A stretch of DNA of 32,000 bases from Pasteurella multocida. GTDB taxonomy: Bacteria; Pseudomonadota; Gammaproteobacteria; Enterobacterales; Pasteurellaceae. Within the stretch, counting starts at the first letter, position 1. Each line of letters opens with the position of its first letter. Made by a program: the position numbers and the translations under genes. Shown piece by piece: positions 28,341 to 32,000 of this stretch. The DNA lies in assembly GCF_900187275.1 (NCBI RefSeq), contig NZ_LT906458.1, forward strand, positions 420,001 through 452,000. Reading direction: 5' to 3'. A model generated the notes under the pieces. It saw only the letters and a list, made by a program, of their open reading frames with translations, made no database searches and was not told the origin of the DNA.

Positions 28341-30668
28341 TCAGTTAGCAATAGCATCTTCTACTGGTGCCGGTTGGTTTGATGGAGCACCCGGCGATAA
28401 CACATCCCATACGCTTTCTTGTTTGCTGATTTCAGGTGCTTGGCAAAAAGACTGAGCATGATTTATCCAAACGGGAATTTGACGTGCGCTTGAACAATCC
28501 CAACTACCATAATCATTAATCCCCACCCATTGAATACTGTTAAGAGAAGGTAAGTGAAGTACAGTTGCCGGATGACGCTGTAAATAATTTTGATAAATTT
28601 GCAAGGCACCAGAAGCGCCAGTTAGTTTGGTTTCGCCATTATCATCACGCCCTAACCAAACCGTCACGATGTTTTCACCATCAATGCCCACAAACCAGGT
28701 ATCACGTGCATCATTGGTAGTGCCTGTTTTTCCAGCAAGATGTAAGTGACTAAATTGGTTTTGTAAACTGCGCGCAGTGCCTCGCGTTACGGTTTGTTGC
28801 ATGGCATACAGTGTTTGATAACTGGCTTCAGCCGGTACCACTTGCTCAGGTTCTAAGCGGCGTTGATATAAGAGATTTCCTTGTTGGTCTGTGATGCTGT
28901 CAATGGTCGCCAACGGGATTTTTTGTCCTTGATTGGCGATCACTTGATATAAATGCGTGACTTCGTAAGGGGAAATCGCATAAGCGCCCAATAAGGTGGC
29001 GGGTACCTTGGGGATTTGTACTTTATCCCAACCCATTTTCTTTTGTGTTTCAATCACTTTCTCTAATCCCACTTGCATCCCAATATTTACTGTTGGGATG
29101 TTTAAGGAACGAGCTAAGGCATCCATTAACATCACGGAACCGCTGTATTTGCGATCATAGTTACGCGGTTGCCACGGTGGGCTGCCTTTAATTTGAATGG
29201 TAATCGGTTGATTTTGAATCGCTGTATTAAGACGGAACTTGTCAGGTACTGAAAGTGCGGTCAAATAAATGGCGGGTTTTACTAAAGAGCCAATTTGGCG
29301 TTTGGCGCTTAAGGCACGATTAAAGCCCGCATATTGTGTTTGTAAACCACCAACAATGGCCCGCACTTCGCCTAAACGATAATCAGCAATTACCATCGCA
29401 GATTGTAAATGGGGGTTTTTGTGTTTCGCTTGTAAGGTAGATGTCGCACTGACTACTGCATTTTCTGCATGGGTTTGTTGTTTAGGATCTAAGGTTGAAA
29501 AAATCCGTGCTCCTAATAAATTTGTGGCTTTGTTTTCGCCTAATTGCTCACGTAATTCAGCTTGTAAAGTCTGAATGAAGGCAGGGTACTTGCGCGTAAT
29601 TTGACCACGTTCCTGTACGCCTAATGGGCGCTGGACTAACATTTGATACAGTTCATGACCAATTACTTGATGATCGAGGAGTAAACGCAGTACCACATTA
29701 CGGCGCTCTAATGCGGTGTTCGGATTCCGCCAAGGATTATAAAGAGAAGGACCTTTGACCATGCCAACTAATAAGGCGATTTGATCCAAACTAATTTCGT
29801 TGGTTGAGCGCCCAAAATAAAAGTGGCTAGCCAGTTCAAAACCATGAATTTGAGTATCGCCATTTTGCCCTAAATAAATTTCATTTAAATAGGTTTCTAA
29901 AATACGATTTTTATCGTAACGCCAATCTAAAATCACTGCCATCAAGGCTTCATTGACTTTACGGCTTAGGGTTCGTTTGTTGCTTAAAAACAGATTTTTG
30001 ACTAATTGTTGCGTTAAGGTACTGCCACCTTGTACAGTATGACCTGCTTGAATATTGGTGATCATCGCACGTGCAATGCCGAGTAAACTGATCCCTTCAT
30101 GTTGGTAAAAGCGACGATCTTCGGTAAGTAATAATGCATCGATTAATAAACGTGGATAGTTATGGAGTGGGATCGCTAAACGCTCTTCTTTCTCTGACTG
30201 TAGCATAGCGATTAATTTTGGCGCTAAACGAAACTCAGGAATGGTACGTTGGTTGATTAAATCTTCAATTACTGCCAATTGATTGTGTTTAAAACGTAGG
30301 CGAAAGACACGTTGTGCTTCTGGTTGTACAGGAAAGGGAAACGCGCGTCGTAGCAAAACGAGGGTATCACCTTCCACTTTAAAATCGCCAGGGGCTGCTA
30401 CTAGGGTGGTTTGACGATAATCATTGTCTAATAAACGTTGTTTGACTTGTTCAAAGCTCAGTTGTTCTTCAAGACTGATACGTTCAATACGGCTATAGAC
30501 TTCTGCGGGGAGTCGCCAGATCTGCCCATCCATTTTAGAGCGTATTTGCCAATCTAAATACAATCCATAAAACGCCAACATACAGATTAATGTAAAACTC
30601 ACTTTGGCAAATAAGAGGAGCCAAGAAGATTTTTTTCGGCTTACATTGGTTTTGTTGGATTTTGGCAT
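28341..30668 (-). CDS. mrcB: Penicillin-binding protein 1B (bifunctional transglycosylase/transpeptidase)
   Basis: LTEDRRFYQHEGISLLGIARA, GGSTLTQQLVKNLFL, transpeptidase SAKRQIGSLVKP-type motif, HLAGKTGTTND KTG motif. Confidence 0.95.
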   Translation of the reverse strand: MPKSNKTNVSRKKSSWLLLFAKVSFTLICMLAFYGLYLDWQIRSKMDGQIWRLPAEVYSRIERISLEEQLSFEQVKQRLLDNDYRQTTLVAAPGDFKVEGDTLVLLRRAFPFPVQPEAQRVFRLRFKHNQLAVIEDLINQRTIPEFRLAPKLIAMLQSEKEERLAIPLHNYPRLLIDALLLTEDRRFYQHEGISLLGIARAMITNIQAGHTVQGGSTLTQQLVKNLFLSNKRTLSRKVNEALMAVILDWRYDKNRILETYLNEIYLGQNGDTQIHGFELASHFYFGRSTNEISLDQIALLVGMVKGPSLYNPWRNPNTALERRNVVLRLLLDHQVIGHELYQMLVQRPLGVQERGQITRKYPAFIQTLQAELREQLGENKATNLLGARIFSTLDPKQQTHAENAVVSATSTLQAKHKNPHLQSAMVIADYRLGEVRAIVGGLQTQYAGFNRALSAKRQIGSLVKPAIYLTALSVPDKFRLNTAIQNQPITIQIKGSPPWQPRNYDRKYSGSVMLMDALARSLNIPTVNIGMQVGLEKVIETQKKMGWDKVQIPKVPATLLGAYAISPYEVTHLYQVIANQGQKIPLATIDSITDQQGNLLYQRRLEPEQVVPAEASYQTLYAMQQTVTRGTARSLQNQFSHLHLAGKTGTTNDARDTWFVGIDGENIVTVWLGRDDNGETKLTGASGALQIYQNYLQRHPATVLHLPSLNSIQWVGINDYGSWDCSSARQIPVWINHAQSFCQAPEISKQESVWDVLSPGAPSNQPAPVEDAIAN

Positions 30669-30696
30669 ATGACCTACTCAAACTCGCGTAATTTCA

Positions 30697-31053
30697 TTAG
30701 GATTGGATGAAAGCTAGTGCAGATTGTAAGAAATGGATAAAGTCATCTGTGCCACAAAAGGCAATACTTTCTTCATCGTAATAGTGGAAATCATCTTCAA
30801 GCGGTTGGTCATGTTCAAGCATTAGATTATTAGCGCGAACCATGACTTCTTCTTGATTGATAAATACACTGTATTCTGTCCCAATGAGTGTGATGTCTTG
30901 TTGTGCTTTGCCTGTTTGGAGTTGCTGAAGTACTGTTTGAATTTTGGCAGAATCTGACCGCACTTCGCTATTAAACCAGTTTGCAATGGCTTCATGTCCC
31001 ATAGAACATTTCGCCATTATCGAACCTAAATGAGATGTGAATTGGAAATCCAT
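30697..31053 (-). CDS. yacL: YacL family protein (UPF0231); start MDFQFTSHLG
   Basis: MSMGHE-like KCSMGHEAIANWFNSEV, EVMVRANNL, NYYDEES-like HYYDEESIAFCG. Confidence 0.9.
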   Translation of the reverse strand: MDFQFTSHLGSIMAKCSMGHEAIANWFNSEVRSDSAKIQTVLQQLQTGKAQQDITLIGTEYSVFINQEEVMVRANNLMLEHDQPLEDDFHYYDEESIAFCGTDDFIHFLQSALAFIQS

Positions 31054-31054
31054 A

Positions 31055-31396
31055 TCAAATACTGAAAGATGAACCACAACCACAGGTAGTTGAGGCGTTT
31101 GGATTATTCACAACGAAACGAGAACCTTCTAAGCCCTCAGTATAGTCCACGGTTCCCCCAATTAAATATTGTAAACTCATGGGATCGATCACTAAGTGCA
31201 CGCCAGATTTCTCAATAGTTAAATCACCGTCGTTTACTTTTTCATCGAAAGTAAAACCATATTGGAAACCACTACACCCACCGCCGGTAATATAGACGCG
31301 TAATTTCAAATTCGGGTTTTCCTCTTCACTGATTAAGGCTTTTACTTTGTTGGCAGCCGCATCAGTAAAGATCAGTGGCACGGAAATCTCTGTCAT
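31055..31396 (-). CDS. erpA: Iron-sulfur cluster insertion protein ErpA
   Basis: [22 protein letters not shown]-terminal [14 protein letters not shown]. Confidence 0.97.
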   Translation of the reverse strand: MTEISVPLIFTDAAANKVKALISEEENPNLKLRVYITGGGCSGFQYGFTFDEKVNDGDLTIEKSGVHLVIDPMSLQYLIGGTVDYTEGLEGSRFVVNNPNASTTCGCGSSFSI

Positions 31397-31534
31397 AATT
31401 TATCTCGCTATAATTTCAACTGAATTGACGTATTATCTAATAACCGACTAATTCGTTCAAGAATTTATCAAGGATTTTTATGTTGGATAATGTTATAATT
31501 CGCGAACGAATGCATTTTCTGGAGAAATTTTTTT

Positions 31535-32000
31535 ATGGCAATTCCATTAAGAACGGAAGACGAAATTGTGAAGTTACGTGAGGCATGTAAGTTAGCCTCA
31601 GATGTCTTAGTGATGATTGAACCTTATGTTAAAGCGGGCGTGAGTACAGGTGAGTTGGATCGTATTTGCCATGAGTATATGGTGAACGAACAAAAAACTA
31701 TTTCAGCTTGTTTAGGTTATCATGGCTTTCCAAAAGCGACCTGTATTTCTGTTAATGAAGTCGTTTGTCACGGCATTCCCAGTGACGACAAAATATTAAA
31801 GCATGGCGATATTGTTAATATTGATGTGACGGTGATTAAAGACGGTTATTTTGGCGATAATTCGAAGATGTATATTGTAGGTGAAACCAATGTGCGTAGC
31901 CAAAAATTATGCGAAGCAGCACAAGAAGCTCTCTATGTCGGATTACGTACAGTAAAACCGGGGATCCGTTTAAATGAGATTGGTCGAGCAATACAAACAT
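31535..32000 (+). CDS. map: Methionine aminopeptidase type I, 3' part cut by window edge
   Basis: Frame from ATG 31535: MAIPLRTEDEIVKLREACKLASDVLVMIEPYVKAGVSTGELDRICHEYMVNEQKTISACLGYHGFPKATCISVNEVVCHGIPSDDKILKHGDIVNIDVTVIKDGYFGDNSKMY. Confidence 0.95.
   Translation, partial: MAIPLRTEDEIVKLREACKLASDVLVMIEPYVKAGVSTGELDRICHEYMVNEQKTISACLGYHGFPKATCISVNEVVCHGIPSDDKILKHGDIVNIDVTVIKDGYFGDNSKMYIVGETNVRSQKLCEAAQEALYVGLRTVKPGIRLNEIGRAIQT

Noticed and set aside
1-32000. Prophage, transposon, toxin-antitoxin, restriction or other defence island
   Set aside because: No integrase, transposase, phage structural, methylase or toxin-like ORF was recognised; tRNA-Asn has no adjacent integrase or repeated tRNA end.

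Overview
This window looks like ordinary chromosomal backbone from a Pasteurellaceae genome. Perfect 9-mer Hin-type uptake signal sequences (AAGTGCGGT / ACCGCACTT) recur at least 13 times, and gene content resembles Pasteurella/Haemophilus. Gene order: partial Ca/Na antiporter, tRNA-Asn, uvrB and a TPR-like gene, convergent with a pstSCAB-phoB-phoR cluster (no phoU). These are followed by rlmE-ftsH-folP-glmM, sixA and an Ala/Lys/Glu-rich repeat lipoprotein. Next come minC (no minD/minE beside it), ycgL and a T4 DenV-like glycosylase. An 8-gene iron-uptake/redox cluster follows (Ftr1-type permease, P19/Tpd, DUF2318 membrane protein, two FtsX-type permeases, ABC ATPase, TlpA-like protein, cytochrome c). 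The window ends with pepE, a DyP-type peroxidase, mrcB, yacL, erpA and a partial map. I see no prophage, transposon, CRISPR or defence island, and no convincing wholly new system. The best leads are: the iron/redox operon with a candidate Fur box and three consecutive intercistronic hairpins; the orphan MinC whose RSGQ-equivalent motif reads ASKQ; the 11-residue-repeat lipoprotein; the DnaA-box palindrome upstream of uvrB; and the three-copy, 11-bp-spaced Pho box upstream of pstS.
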